Positions 42,950 to 57,723 are shown, counted from the first letter of the whole stretch. The stretch: DNA of 63,892 nt, filler included, from Ministeria vibrans ATCC 50519 (GCA_943704425.1; 14 parts of 14 records of this genome joined end to end with filler, not necessarily neighbours in it); one strand, 5' to 3'. Notes: a model not told the origin generated them from the letters alone. A program made the numbers and translations.

Positions 42950-44172
42950 CAGCTGTTATTGTATTCGAGGTACGATTGGCGCACAGGTGATATGATGTCA
43001 TTATAATCCATATCTCTTTGCAGATCACTGGCGACGTGCGGTTCCTTCCAGCGTGTGCGATTGCGGTGGGCGCTGCCAAGTGGGCATCAAACATGTTTAA
43101 TGAGGGTCTCTACGAACAGGCCATCCATCTTATGGGGTAAAAATCGACTCTCTTATCAACACTGGTCATCTCAATGTCCAACACTTGAACACTCACCCTA
43201 ACTCTCTATTCCCTCACCCTAACCCTATTGGGATTGATTGTGAACTGTCTGTCTCTCACGCACTTGTTTACCTATACGTTCTACTGTACTCACTCAGTAC
43301 TCACTGTTTGTTTTTGGTACAGTGCAACGTATCTGGTTGACATTGCTGCCAAAGCACACGACACTCTGACTGTTAGCAACAAAATGAAGAAGCCCATCAC
43401 AGTGCCACCGCGCCAGTCGCTCGATTATGCGCGTGCCCTCCTTGCCTCATGCACCCACAACGCATTCCCCGTCATTGCGCCGGATGTTGATCCTGAAGCA
43501 GTACGCCTCTGCCTGTTTTTGTTTCTGTTTTTTTTTTTCTTGGAAATCTCATTTCTGTCGTTTCCTCTTCTGATTCTTTCTTTTTTTCAGCCCGGTCGTC
43601 TGTTGGGCCTTATTAAGCGTCAACAAATCGTTGATATGATTGAGAGCGGGCAGTCGCTTGACGGAATGCTCGACTTTGGTCCCATTATGCACCGCACGCC
43701 CTACACCATCTCGGGTACAGTGCGCGTACAGTGCGCCCCCCCACTCTAAACATATCTCTCTAACTCTTTCACTATGCGTTGGTTTGTAGAGCACCATATG
43801 CTTTCGCAGGCGTATATGCTGTTTCGTTCGCTGGGCCTGCGCCATCTCATTGTGGTGAACCTGCAATACATGTGCATTGGGATTCTGACTCGCAAGGTAC
43901 ACACACTTTGACGGTCACCTAAAAAATAAAGTACCCACACTCTTTGTGTGCTGAATGCTCATAGGACCTGGCATACCACCACGGGTCTGCCAGCGACGCA
44001 CATCACGAGGACGACGGGCACGACGCAGGCGGACATGGTGGGGGCGGGGTTGGCGGGGACCGCAAGGGCCCAGGTGCACTGGGCGCCCCGTTGCTGGCTG
44101 ATGAGGAGGACGAGGCTGACTTTAGCTATCGCAAGGACGCCGATTATGAGCTTGAGACGTTCAACTTTTGAA
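42950..44172 (+). CDS. CLC chloride channel (CLC-6/7-like), C-terminal TM and CBS exons
   Basis: VIVFE|ITGDVRFLP..FNEGLYE; THNAFPV; AYMLFRSLGLRHLIVVN..IGILTRKDL. Confidence 0.88.
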
Positions 44173-44267
44173 TTGTACTACTTCCTTTTTTGAGTTATTA
44201 TTTTAGAAAAGAAAATTTGACACAAGTTTATGAAGAGAGGTTGGAGATTTGATTGTGGTGGAGTCGC

Positions 44268-44916
<649 letters not shown>

Positions 44917-45146
44917 TCAGGTGACAGGGATCAGACACGCATGCACCCTCACCCATGCGCATGTGGGATGGGGTGTGGCGGACGACAAACAGCCGTTGGA
45001 CGCATGGGAGTCGATGAGAGGGTTGGAAAGAAAAAGACAAAAAAAANNNNNNNNNNNNNNNNNNNNNNNNNNNNNNNNNNNNNNNNNNNNTTAATTAATT
45101 AANNNNNNNNNNNNNNNNNNNNNNNNNNNNNNNNNNNNNNNNNNNN

Positions 45147-45256
<110 letters not shown>

Positions 45257-45289
45257 CAATCAATCAATCACTGCGTGCTGATCCTTACG

Positions 45290-45779
45290 TCTCTCGCAAG
45301 CGTCGCGCTGAGAGCGGCCGGGGTGGCAAATCGAAAGGGCTATGCGCTCCAGAGTGTCAGAGGGGGTAGCTCAGCAGTACACTGTCACATACCGAGTCTT
45401 TGAGAGCGCCACTCAAGTCCACTACGTCTTCGGCGAGTCCAGCGCAGCATTCACCCTGTGTGGGGCCCAAACACAGTCAGACAGCGACACAGCAATGTTG
45501 ATCACGCTGACCTCCTCGCCGACAATGGTCAGTTCGGGCCAGGCCCGGCGGAGAGATTCAACAATGCAGTACTGCGCTCTACGATCGGCCACTGTCTGCG
45601 GGTCATCGACTCCCTGCAAGAGCATTGTTGGTTTACGCGTTTGCACCAAACACACATTGAGTTGGGCCAAACACCTTCTGGACAACATCAAGAGAGCCGC
45701 TTTCGAAAACGTGTCGGACAATCACACCTGCACATCGTGATAGGTGGCCACACGCAGCGAGTACTTCGACTAGGGCCAT
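45290..45779 (-). CDS. BPNT1: 3'(2'),5'-bisphosphate nucleotidase, 5' exons
   Basis: AGVIVRHVFESGSLDVVQK|GVDDPQTVADRRAQYCIVESLRRAWPELTIVGEE. Confidence 0.8.
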
Positions 45780-45898
45780 TGAAGAAAAAGAAAAAAAGTG
45801 GATCACATTCGATTGGAAATTGGAATTGTATATTCTTCTTCTTCAGAAGACAGAAAATAATACTTATTCAATACAATTTCACATTTTTTTATTTGTGT

Positions 45899-46950
45899 AT
45901 GCTGGTCGCAAGACTAGCCCTGCCTCGATCGGGCCTTTCTTGTCTCCGAGGGAGTGTATTTCCGACGGCATTTGCCACCAGTCGTCTCACACGCACCGCC
46001 ACTCCTCAGCGCGCCACACATGGCACCACACCCGCCCAAGACGAGCCCAAGCGAGCGGGCGGGACCAAAGAAGAGGTACGAGGGGAGGGAGACCAGAAGC
46101 GTGTGGAGCGAGCGTGTCTGACCTGTGATCGTGTTCGCAAGGTGGAGAACATCTACACCATTCCCAATGCGCTCAGCGTCTCACGCATCATTGCCGCTCC
46201 CATCATTGGCTCGATGATCATGGCCGGCTCGTACTCCTCAGCACTCACCCTGGTGGCGGTCTGTGGTGCGACGGATGTGGTAAGTGATTGAAACGGCACA
46301 TTTCTCTTACTCAGACTCAGACGCACTTGTCTCATCACGCTGTCTTGGTGTCTTAGCTGGACGGTTGGATTGCACGCAACTTCAAGGGTCAAAGCAGCAT
46401 CATCGGCAGCGCTTTAGACCCTTTCGCGGACAAGTTCATGATGACAGTGCTGACGCTGTCGCTCACGGCTGCCCACCTGCTCCCCGTCCCGCTCGCACTG
46501 CTCATTGTCGGACGTGATGTGGGTCTTGTCCTGGGCTCCTTCTACATCCGCTACCGCACTCTCCCGCCCCCCGTCACCCTTGCTCGCTACTTCGACTTTT
46601 CTTTAGTGTCCGTCGAAGTCCACCCCACGACAATTAGCAAAGTAAGCACCCTTTTTTGAGTGCAGAGAGGGAGAGCGTGCTAATTGTGCGTGTAGCTGAA
46701 TACCGTTCTTCAACTGGGTCTGCTCTGGGGCTCTCTGGCCGCACCCATCTACGGACTAACGGACCATACCCTCCTCTCTTCTTTCCAGTCAGTCTCAAAT
46801 CACACTCGCTTCCATTGCGACACACACACACTCTCGCTCACTCACTCTTTCTTTGTTAGGTGGCTCGTTGCTTCAACCACTTTTGCTTCTGGTGCCACTT
46901 ATCTTTTTTCCAAAAAGGCCGTTCAAGTGCGCACTCAGTACTTTCGGTGA
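45899..46950 (+). CDS. CRLS1: Cardiolipin synthase (CDP-alcohol phosphatidyltransferase)
   Basis: ENIYTIPNALSVSR..GATDV|LDGWIAR..GSALDPFADK..IVGRDV..RYRTLPPP..RYFDFS..PTTISK. Confidence 0.9.
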
Positions 46951-47320
46951 CGAGTCTTTTCGACTTTTTTCTCTGTATCGTTCCAGCACAGCCTCTTCTT
47001 TCTCTTGTAGTTATAAAGTTGGAATGAAAATTTTATTGTACACTCTGTCTCTCTCTCTTTCTAACACTTTGTCCTTTCTTTCTCTCTCTCTATCACGTTT
47101 CTTTCTTCCTCTCTCTCTCTCTCTATCACTTTGTCTCTATCACTTTGTTTCTCTCTTTCTCTCTCTCTTGCAGACATACTCTCTCTTTTTTTCCCTTCAA
47201 ATTATATTCCTTCCACATCAGNNNNNNNNNNNNNNNNNNNNNNNNNNNNNNNNNNNNNNNNNNNNTTAATTAATTAANNNNNNNNNNNNNNNNNNNNNNN
47301 NNNNNNNNNNNNNNNNNNNN

Positions 47321-48777
47321 NAAAAGGAGGAAGTCTGAGTGAGGGCGGGGAATGACATGGAAGTGAGACTATCCATTCCGTAACTTCCAGACGCAGAAAT
47401 AGAAAAGGAGGAAGTCTGAGTGAGGGCGGGAAATGACATGGAAGTGAGACTATCCATTCCGTAACTTCCAGACGCAGAAATTGAAAATCCTGAAACTGTC
47501 TCCAACAACGGAAACAACATTGTTTTGAGAAGTTCCATTTTATGCGGTCCATCAGCAATTTTGAATTCTCCGCTGATTTGCGTCAAGTCAGCCAAGCCAA
47601 GAGACAACATTGCAGACATGCTCTTTACATCAAAAGCACCTCCAAGGGAACGTACGCCAAGTCCGTCTAGGCTCTGCAAACTACGGCAATCGTCCAGAAC
47701 AAAGTCTCCGCCAATCACAACCACCTTCTCCAGTCCCGCAAAGTCAGTCAGACCGTCCATATTGGTCATTTCAAAGTTGTTGGTGACGTGAGTCAGGTTC
47801 ATAGAGCCAAACGACGTCATGCCCAAAGCAGAGAAGCCCCGCAAAGTGCCGTTAATTTGAGTCACATTGCCCATAAAGTCGCTGAGCACAATGGAGTCGA
47901 CAATACCCGAAAGAACGACGTCGCCAGCAACAACGTCACAGCCTTTGAGGCGCTCAAGGGACGAAGCTGAGGTAAAGACGCCGCCGGGGCAAACAGTGGT
48001 AAGACACGGCTCCGGGTTGCAGGTGGTGGTGTCGACGAGAGATGGGCAGGCGACGCCACCGTTCTGCGGATGCGTCAGAATGCTACGGAAGCGAAATTGT
48101 TTACCTCCGCCACAGCTGGCCGAGCATGAGCTCCAGTTTCCAGGAAGACCAAGAACGCAGTCTACTGGACATCCGTGTGTGTTACAAGAGCGCGCATCCA
48201 CCAGATTGACAGAGGCGTTGCACGATAGGCCGGGAACGTCGACGGTGACATTGCGGGAGCGGCTCTGCGTACCACCGTCGCAAAGGACCGAGCAAAGTGA
48301 GTAATCCGAGTATTCAGAGTACTCGCAGGTGCCGGGAGACGTTGGCTCTGGTGTTGAATTCAAAGTTGTATTGGTCGTGTTCAGACCAGCATGATCAAGT
48401 AGCAGAGCGGTTGTGAAGGAGAGACTCGTCAGGCTGCGGCGCAGCTCGGTGTTCTCTGCGCGCAATTCCATGTTCTCTGTGCGCAGGTTCGTGACGTCCA
48501 CCTCAAGAGTCGCGACAGCAGATAAAAGTGAGGTGACTTGCGTCATATTCGCCTGGAGCGCATGTAGCATTGCGCGGAACTCGTCGTTGGCTGTGCGTAA
48601 CGCCATCAGATTTGCCACCAGATCGCCGATACCGTCAACAATGACAGAGCGGTTTGGAGCAGCGCTGAGCTGCAGATTCCCGTCAACATTTGTGATGAAG
48701 GCTTTGTCAACGTCGGTGGTCGCGGTTGCCGTAAATGGGAAAATCACGACCATGGCAATGAAAAGGATACACTTCAC
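47321..48777 (-). CDS. Secreted protein: signal, coiled coil, 2 TSP1 repeats and receptor-L-domain-like repeats, 3' truncated
   Basis: Hydrophobic N-terminus; CSVLCDGGTQSRSR; PVDCVLG..WSSCSASCGGGKQFRFR..PQNGGVACP; LERLKGCDVVAGDV; repeated LTSMSFPALTQ. Confidence 0.8.
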
Positions 48778-49831
48778 TACATAGTTGCGGAGATGTTAGA
48801 ATTGAAGACGAAATCCCTCAGTCATGTACCCCCCCCGCCCCCCTCCCCATGGCCGTGGCTACGGGCCGAATACACATAGATGATGAATAATGAACATTTC
48901 AATTCTTACCAGGAGAACATGCGAATCGGGGCATTTTGATGCTAGAAAGAAGAAAACGAGGAGAAAAATAATAATTAGTCAAAAAAAAAAAGAGTTTCAA
49001 CAGTTTCAATTCCGTTTCAATCGACACACTGAGTCGTTGAGCGCACAGACTGTCCGCAGACAAACGACTGCAAACATTCAAAGAACCACATCCAGGTTCA
49101 CACAGGGAGTGCAGGCAGGCCAGGCCTCTCGGCCAGGATGCAATGGGCAAAAAAAGAAATACGAAGGCAAAACGAAGGCAAAACGAGGGCAAAAAGAGAA
49201 GAAAAAGAGAAGAAAAAAATTCCGAGTCATGATTAAGCTTTTCTCTGCTTCAAAACCCCGAAGGCTTCACTCCACCGCCCCACACTGAGAACCATAACAG
49301 AATTTTGGAAGGGCGGGGGACAGGGACATCTCCAGAGGGTTTCAGCGAAATATCAGCTCTTCATTTCACAGGAAAAAAAAAAGAACATTTTCCCATTTTT
49401 CGCGTTCTCCTGTCTCTCTCACACTCACAAATCCTCCTAGGTGCCTACCTTCAGTGAGACAGTGAGAAACACTGTCCAAGGAAGAGAGGGGTGAAAAAAA
49501 TGTGCTACTACAATTTCTAAATTCGAATGGACGAGTTGAAATTCGTTACAACTGACTGTGACAAGTGATCTGAGTATCTGTATCTGACAGCTTTTTTCTG
49601 TTTCTTTTCCAACCACGTATGCGGACAGCCGACGACAAGCGAAAAGGTGCAATGATCATCAGCGACACCGCTGAGACAGCAGATGACACAGCAGCGCGCC
49701 TGGCTACCCGTAAACGGAGTCGAGAGGAAGCNNNNNNNNNNNNNNNNNNNNNNNNNNNNNNNNNNNNNNNNNNNNTTAATTAATTAANNNNNNNNNNNNN
49801 NNNNNNNNNNNNNNNNNNNNNNNNNNNNNNN

Positions 49832-52800
49832 GGGCCAAAAGCAAACTCAACCTGGTCGTAATAGCCGTCACCGTCGGTGTCCACCAGCGTTCCCTCCGTC
49901 AATGTGTTGGCCACCGTGAGATGCGAGCCAATAGACACAACTGAGCTGCTCGTGACGTTGACAATAGCCTGCACAGGCGGAATAGAAAACACCATGGTAT
50001 TCTGCGAACCAGTTCCTTCTCCGAGCGAGACAGTAAACTGCATTGTGACCTCTTCACCAATCGTGACATTTTGCTCAACTGTGGACGGAACGCTGCTAAT
50101 GGAATCCACAAAGGTAGCAATCTCAGGAAATGGAACAGCAATGTCCACGGTGTTCGTGTCCAGGTTCATGTACATGCGCACCGTCTCATCGTCAGCGCCA
50201 AGAATATTCGCAGGCAACAGGCTTGGCGAACTCAAGTATGTCGCATTCACCACGTTCAAAAGCGGTCCTGGTTGCACAAAGTCTGAAAGATGTCCCTCAA
50301 ACGTCACCCAAATCTCTGGGTCACCCAGAGCAAACTCAGGCACAAACACCTCAATGCCCCCAAGCGACGACGCTGTAACAACCACACCAGCACTCGCAGT
50401 CACCGACGCGATATCCAAGTCAAAATACACGCCATACAGCGGGTCAATCACCGTCACATTGTACGCGTCCGCCGTCGACGACCCCAGGTGCGACAGCAGA
50501 ATCGTGTACGAAATGAGGTCTCCGGCATCTCCCACGGTCGGCGACGCAATCTTCGTCAGGTTCAGCGCCGGCTCAACCACATTCAACACCGGCACGCTCG
50601 CCTGTGCGCTCGCTTTCCCGCCGTATGAAAACACAGCCGCGCCTCCCGACACCACGGTGCCGTCCACGTTGCCCGCCACATCCGCCACATACGACGTAAA
50701 CGTGAAATTCAGCCAATCCGAGTCGCCACCCGCCAGATTCGACATCTCCCCAAAGTTGAACACCAGCTCGTCGACAAGTCCGTCCGCGCCTCCATCGCGA
50801 ACGTCGCTTGCACTCGACACACTCGACGTCTCCACCAGACCCGTCGAGCTGCTCATCGACTCGCTCATGGCCGTGATCACCGACGACACCGCGCTCAGGT
50901 AGCCAGCCGGCACACCGTGCGGCAACACAATCGTCAGGTTGGCCGAGTCTGCATGTCCATGCGGCAACTTCACCGACACCTCATACGTGACAAGCTCGCC
51001 AATCGACACGTCGTGACCACTCGTGCCCGGCAGCGACGTGCTCTCCAGCACCAAAATCATCACCATAGGCTCATCAATACGAATCGCTTCCTCCGCGACC
51101 ACTTGCGTCGCCACACGTCCCGTCCGTCCCCCCACGTCAAACGGTGAACTGTCATAGTCGAGCGTCGCCACGGCGACCGGCTGTGAACCCCACTCCGTCG
51201 AGTTCACCACCGTCCCCGTGAACACGATCGTAAGGTCGCCCGTCGACGGTAACGCACCCACTTCCACTGTCACGTATGTGTTGCCAGCGTCGTTGCCGCT
51301 CGCCACCACACTCCCCGCACTCGTCGACACCGACCCAACGTCCAGGTCTACAGAGCCCGCCGGCAGCGTAATGTTCACTGTCACGTTGAAAGCGCCCGCA
51401 GTCGTGCTCGTGGCAGCGTCCACCGTCGCCGTGTACGTGACAGTCTCGCCTGCCTCAAATCTATGCCCACTGGGTGTTGCCACAAGACTCATCTCGTACA
51501 CTGGCTCGTCCACGGAGACCGACACAGACTTGGTTGATGATGCGACAACCCAATCAAGAGTGAACTGCTCACCAAGCAAATCGCCATCAACGAGTGCAAT
51601 CTCGTCTTCAACGACTGCAACAACACGCACCGTCACTGTGTCACTTCCGGCATTGTTGCCGGCGTTTCGCAACACGCCAACATTCAGAGTCGCCGTGTCG
51701 TCCAGTGAGTCACTGTTCGTGTCCGACAACGTCAATGGTGTGCCCACTGGCACCCCCGAAATGTCTGCTGCATGGTCGTAAATCTCCGCGCTCAGCAGTG
51801 TCAGACCGCCTTTGTTCAGGCTCGCCGCCGTCAGCACAGCATTGTAGACGCTTCCCTCCGGAAGCGTGAACACATTGTCAATCACAACAGTCTCGCCCAC
51901 CGCCAGCTTCGTTGTGTCCGTCTCCGAAATCGACGAACTCACCACAACCGGCACACTCACCGTGGGGCTGTCCATTGTAAAGTCGACGCTGTCCGAGTCC
52001 GTCACATTCTGAACATACGGCAATTCCGTCACGTACGACGAAGACGCCATCACAAAGAACTCGCGCGTAAGCGTCGCCCCAATCGTCGCCGTGTCCAGCA
52101 CCAGCGTATCAAACGTAACCACCAGTGGTCCGTCCGTCGCCGTCAGCACATTCACCGTCACCGACAACGATCCACCTGCGCCCGTCGTGTACGTCACGTT
52201 GTGGTAGGCCGTCGCCTCGCTCAGTCCCGACACTGAAATGCTACCTTCCACAATCGACATGTCACCGTGACCCGGCGACAGCAGCACCACTTCATGCAGT
52301 GGACCGCCCGTGACAAGCGGCGTAATCGTCGCCGTGTTCGTAATCGTCGTTTGCGCGTCGCCCGTCGCCGGCACACCGCTGGTCGCGAGCGTCAATCCCG
52401 ACTCCACCACACTCAGTGTCAGCGAGTCCGTGTCCACCTCGCGCTCCTCCACATTTGTTGTTTCCATCAACAGCTGCACCTGAGGCAACAGCGTTGCCGT
52501 CGCACTCAGCAGCTCCACATCCACTGCGAACAGCACTGCAATCTGGTCGCTTGCCGACTCGATGTTGTCCGCCTCATTCTGCACCGCCCCAAACAGCGCC
52601 GTAATTGTCTGTCCGTTCGCCACCACTTCTTGGCTCGCAACCGTCACCTGGCTGCCAATTGTGTCTACAGTCGACAGCGACGGTAGGTACACCAGTGAGC
52701 CAGCAGCACCATCGGGAAGCGTCATCACCAGTGTCAGATTCGTGGCCGAGCCTTCCGGCAGGTCAATCAGCGCCTGCAACACCACCCGCTCGCCTGCGTC

Positions 52801-53459
52801 TACTGTTGCTCCCGTCGTGTATGGATCTGTCGAATTCACAATGGACAGCGTCACGGTGGGCGACGCTGTCGTCACTGTGGCAGTCTTGTTCTCACACGCC
52901 TCAAGATAGTTTGGGGCGCCAGGTGCACCCGCAAAACTGCACACTTGGAACAGCGCGTCGATTTGCTCGCCAAACGGTACAGTGTTTACCAGTGCCTGAT
53001 CCGTTGAGATCACAATCACATTCTCGCCCGCCGGCGAACCTGTGTTGCCCATCATCGTCACAGTTGCGCCACTCGCATCCTTGAATAGCCCCGAGTACGG
53101 CAAAGGAGTGCCCGCTGCATTCGTAATGCACGCTGGAATCGCCCCGTTCGACTCTCGAAACTCCTCGCTGAGATAACCTCGAATGTTAACGTCGTATGCA
53201 TTCGCTGAGCCGCTGTTCACATAGCCAAACAAAAATGTCACGTTGTCGCCGGCATCCACAAGGAATCCCGCGCTGTTGAAAGGTGCCGCCAGAATCTCCT
53301 CATCTGTGGTGCTGCCCGAAAACCGAGGACAGTCGCTGCTGCCCGGAGAGGAAAAGGTACCCATGGCAGTTGGGAATGCCACGGAAGGGTCCAGATACGC
53401 ACCTGTGCGTCCCTGTAGTGCCACCAGCCCACCGTACATCGCCCCAAAGACGGGCGCGG
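49832..53459 (-). CDS. Large bacterial-type adhesin with DUF11/fimbrial isopeptide-D2-like repeats, internal fragment
   Basis: More than 1200 codons without introns; alternating (I/V)GExVTYxxxxxLPEG and VxEPxLxxxK..DAGDxITYTI..AYNV modules. Confidence 0.8.
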
Positions 53460-53559
53460 NNNNNNNNNNNNNNNNNNNNNNNNNNNNNNNNNNNNNNNNN
53501 NNNTTAATTAATTAANNNNNNNNNNNNNNNNNNNNNNNNNNNNNNNNNNNNNNNNNNNN

Positions 53560-53812
<253 letters not shown>

Positions 53813-53844
53813 GTGTCTTTCTCCCGTCTCTCCCGTCTACACAC

Positions 53845-54216
53845 CTGAAAGCCTAGTGCGGTTACATTGCTCGTGTGGCCGTCGTAGCTCGTGACCTACA
53901 GCAGCCGCTCAGAAACGGAGCACAATCCACAGTTCACTTACAGCATTGGGATTCTGTGTTTCGATTTCAAAGAGTCTAATGTTGGGATTGCCCGCGGCCG
54001 CAAGGAACTGTTTGTCGGGCGTAATGCTCATCGCGTTCACTTGCTGCAAGAGGGCCAGAGCGGAGACAAAAAACGTCAGACACAATAAGTCATTTGCAAA
54101 CGTTTCCTCACCGAATCCGCATGTTGAAGCGTTCTATAGCACACTCCTTGACTCGGCGTCCAAAACCTAATCGTATGATCGTATCCGGCAGTCGCCAATA
54201 CAACGCCACCTTCCAT
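53845..54216 (-). CDS. LST8: TOR complex subunit LST8, 5' exons
   Basis: [31 protein letters not shown]|[26 protein letters not shown]. Confidence 0.92.
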
Positions 54217-54306
54217 ATTTTCGAGTCTAAAAGATGTCTAAAAGATTGAATAAAAATTTTAATTTATGATCTCACAACTCATTTTTATTTCCAAACTTCA
54301 AAAACT

Positions 54307-54348
54307 ATGGAGCCAGGAAAGAGAGTCTGGGCACCAGACAACGAAGAG
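54307..54348 (+). CDS. First exon of a probable myosin (class VI-like N-terminus)
   Basis: MEPGKRVWAPDNEE followed by a GTATGG donor; resembles MEDGKPVWAP of myosin VI, but only 14 codons. Confidence 0.4.
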
Positions 54349-54927
54349 GTATGGTTCTTGCGTCCCCGTCTCATGCGTCTTTTTCTCTGGGGGGTTTTTT
54401 TTTATCTTTTGTCTTTTTTTTTTTTCCTGTGGGTCTTTGTTTTATAAATACCATTTGCTGACGTTCAAACCTCAAAGCCCCGCCCACTTTGCGCCTCGCC
54501 CAACGCCGTCCTGGGCGCGTCATGCACACACCCGCCCATCCGCACGCGGCGTGGTCCTCGCCGCTGCCCACAACGTCCGATTCGTCGACGTGTTGCTTTG
54601 TGTGTGTGTGCGCATCGGGATTGACAGGTGTTCGTTGCGAGTCGGACNNNNNNNNNNNNNNNNNNNNNNNNNNNNNNNNNNNNNNNNNNNNTTAATTAAT
54701 TAANNNNNNNNNNNNNNNNNNNNNNNNNNNNNNNNNNNNNNNNNNNNTTGCCAGCCCAAGAGAAACTCTATGTGCACTTGGCTATATATATAATATAGAG
54801 GCTGTTTTTAGTTGTTGTGTCTTTTGCTCTTTCTATCGTTTTGCTAAGAGTTTGTTGCTTTCTCTATCATTTCTTTATCACTTTTGATTCTTACACTCTC
54901 CTCTCTCTCTCCGCTTTTTCATGTCAG

Positions 54928-55055
54928 GTGACGAATGTGACGTGTGGCGCTCGCATTGTCTTGTCGTCGTCGGAAGACACAACCTTTCGAGTGTGGGACT
55001 TTCGTGAGTCAATGCATGCAGTACAAGTGTTTCAGGGGCACTCAGCGTAAGGAAG

Positions 55056-55086
<31 letters not shown>

Positions 55087-55545
55087 GACAACGAAACATG
55101 TGTGAGAGAGAAAGCAACGAAACAAAGCAACGAAACAACGTGTGTGAGAGAGGACAACGCAACAATGTGAGAGAGAAGGGAAAAGAAACAAGGTATCAAA
55201 CACCCTGTTTGTATAGTGCGGTCAACACAGCGGTGCTCACTCACGATGAAACGCACATTGTGAGCGGCAGTTGCGACCGTACTGTCAAAGTGTGGGACAT
55301 GCGCAATATGCGAGCCCCATTTCTCACTATCCAGACCGGCTCTCCCGCAAACAGGTTCTCACACAAATCAAGTATATATAATACGTAGCAAGCTCACTCG
55401 CTCTTCTGTTAGACTGTCGATTTCTCCGACTGGCAAACTGATGGCGGTTCCATTTGACAACCGCGACGTGCGCATCTACGACACACAAGGCTCGCGTGCG
55501 CCTCGCATGCAACTGCGCCAGGTTCCCATTGACATTCATAATCAC

Positions 55546-55608
<63 letters not shown>

Positions 55609-55775
55609 TCAATGCTAATGCAACTATTTCATGTTATTTTTATTATTAGGGGCACAAAAGGACAGTCACGAGCACTGCCTGGCTTCCTGTGCCCGCTGGC
55701 TCTGCTGCCCAGCTTGTGTCGAGTTCCTTTGATGGTTCTATTGTTTTGTTTGTTGCCACTGATAGAAATGAATGA
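54928..55775 (+). CDS. WDR37: WD-repeat protein 37, 3' exons
   Basis: [57 protein letters not shown]. Confidence 0.85.
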
Positions 55776-55955
55776 AAAATTATCAATTAATTATTGTAAG
55801 AAAGCTGTGTTATTCTTGACTCTTGTTTGCGTTCTCATATCGTAATAAAAATACAATAATAAGTAATAACCAGTCAAATGGCACGAGATAAAATGAGGCA
55901 CCTGAAAATTGATTAATTTTCGCTGTTACTCTTTTTCGCATTCTCATTCATTTCC

Positions 55956-56951
55956 ATGAAATTGACAGCTAAATTCGCACAGTCACGAGCGCGCGTCCAA
56001 AGTCTCGATGAAATTGTGACATTGAATTGCTGGGGCAGTAACCTTGACGACCTCTCGATTCTTAAAGATATGCCGAATCTTCAAGTGCTTTCTCTGAGGT
56101 ACGCATGCTGCATGCATGCATGCAAAATTGACACACCGCTACGCGGAGCTTTGTTGACGGTGGAATTCAAAAGCTGGTTTATGTTGCAGCCCAACATTGA
56201 GCGTTTATGATTTCTTTTTTGCAGTGTCAACAGCATTTCAAGTCTCGAGGTGTTCAGTTCGTGTACGCAACTGCGCGAACTGTTTCTCCGACGCAGCAAA
56301 GTGGCGGATATCAACGAGATTGTGCATCTTCAGGTACGCTTCTTCTGGTACTGTGTCTCATGACGCTGATTGGCGTTTGTCAGCTGCTTCCCAATCTGCG
56401 GATCCTCTGGCTCAGCGACAACCCTTGCGCCAACACGCCATTCTACCGTGAGACCGTGCTTCGTGCGCTGCCACGCCTTGAGAAGCTCGACAATCAAGGT
56501 TTGAGTTTCTCTACATCTTTTTCATTGTTATTATTATTATAATTATTATATTACGGGAACGTATTATGACACGAATCAGTATTATAAGTCTAGTGTACTT
56601 CTGTTGTCTGGCGACTTTATCATGAACAGTTGGGTTGTATTCTTTATATTCTTGCTATTACTTTAGATGTTAGCGGCGAAGAGGTGCACCAAGCAAGAAT
56701 GAAGGGACGAGATGTTGATTTGCGACAGACGGCACCGCTGCATTCGTCGCAAGCATATAGAGACAGTGATTCTCACGCAAGTTATGACGCGCCTAGCGAC
56801 AACTCCGACGATGGCGACCGTGACGATGCCAACAATGACGATGATGACGACGTTGATGAACATCCACGGTCGCCACCCCGACCCATGACCCTAAATTTTG
56901 CAAGTTCAACCCCGGCCAGAGCAACACAAAGCAACGCGCATGCACACCCTC

Positions 56952-56983
<32 letters not shown>

Positions 56984-57262
56984 CGTCAACATCATGTGCA
57001 TTTTCAATCGAGTAGTGAACGAGTCGTGTCTGTCTCGGCGCCTGCAACCGCCTCACCGGCGCGCCGTACCTCGCCCATCGTTTCAGTGGGCAGTCGCGCA
57101 GTCTCATCGCCCTTGTCAACCCTGCCTGAACCACCCACAGGATCGTTGAGATCCGCTTCACTCACAGCGATGCTAGTGCTCATGGACAGTCTCTCGCACG
57201 ACGAACTTTGCGTCGTCGCCGAGGAGGCTGAGCGGCGTCTCGTTCGTTTGCACAGACCCTAA
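55956..57262 (+). CDS. CFAP410: Cilia/flagella-associated LRR protein CFAP410 (C21orf2)
   Basis: [29 protein letters not shown]|[31 protein letters not shown]; C-terminal [11 protein letters not shown]. Confidence 0.9.
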
Positions 57263-57676
57263 TGAAAACGAAACCGCCCATGCTCATGTCACACGTCTCT
57301 CTCCTTCTCTTCTATCTCGGAGGCCAAAAAATACATTTCCAACGTATGAGTAAGAATAAGAATACACTAAGTCGAATGGTTTCATATTGTGAAGTGCTAA
57401 AGAGACTCGCCTCCTTCTCGTCCACTCGTGCACGAGGTGGGTTTACATCAATAAGAAAGAGTGAGGAGCGGATCGTGCAGCTTGAAGGGGAGGAAGAGAA
57501 ATGATCGGAAATATCGTTTATTCAATTCAAGCGTTTGGTTTTTTTTTTTCTTTTCTTCTTTTTTTATCTTTTTTTTNNNNNNNNNNNNNNNNNNNNNNNN
57601 NNNNNNNNNNNNNNNNNNNNTTAATTAATTAANNNNNNNNNNNNNNNNNNNNNNNNNNNNNNNNNNNNNNNNNNNN

Positions 57677-57723
<47 letters not shown>

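Noticed and set aside
43195-43226. Telomere-like CCCTAA motifs (also ~29916 and ~33440)
   Set aside because: Only 1-2 units; also fits CTAAC branch-point sequence
48828-49430. Possible MITE-like non-coding segments (also ~29940-30060 and ~60950-61100)
   Set aside because: No matching terminal inverted repeat pair or TSD could be identified by eye
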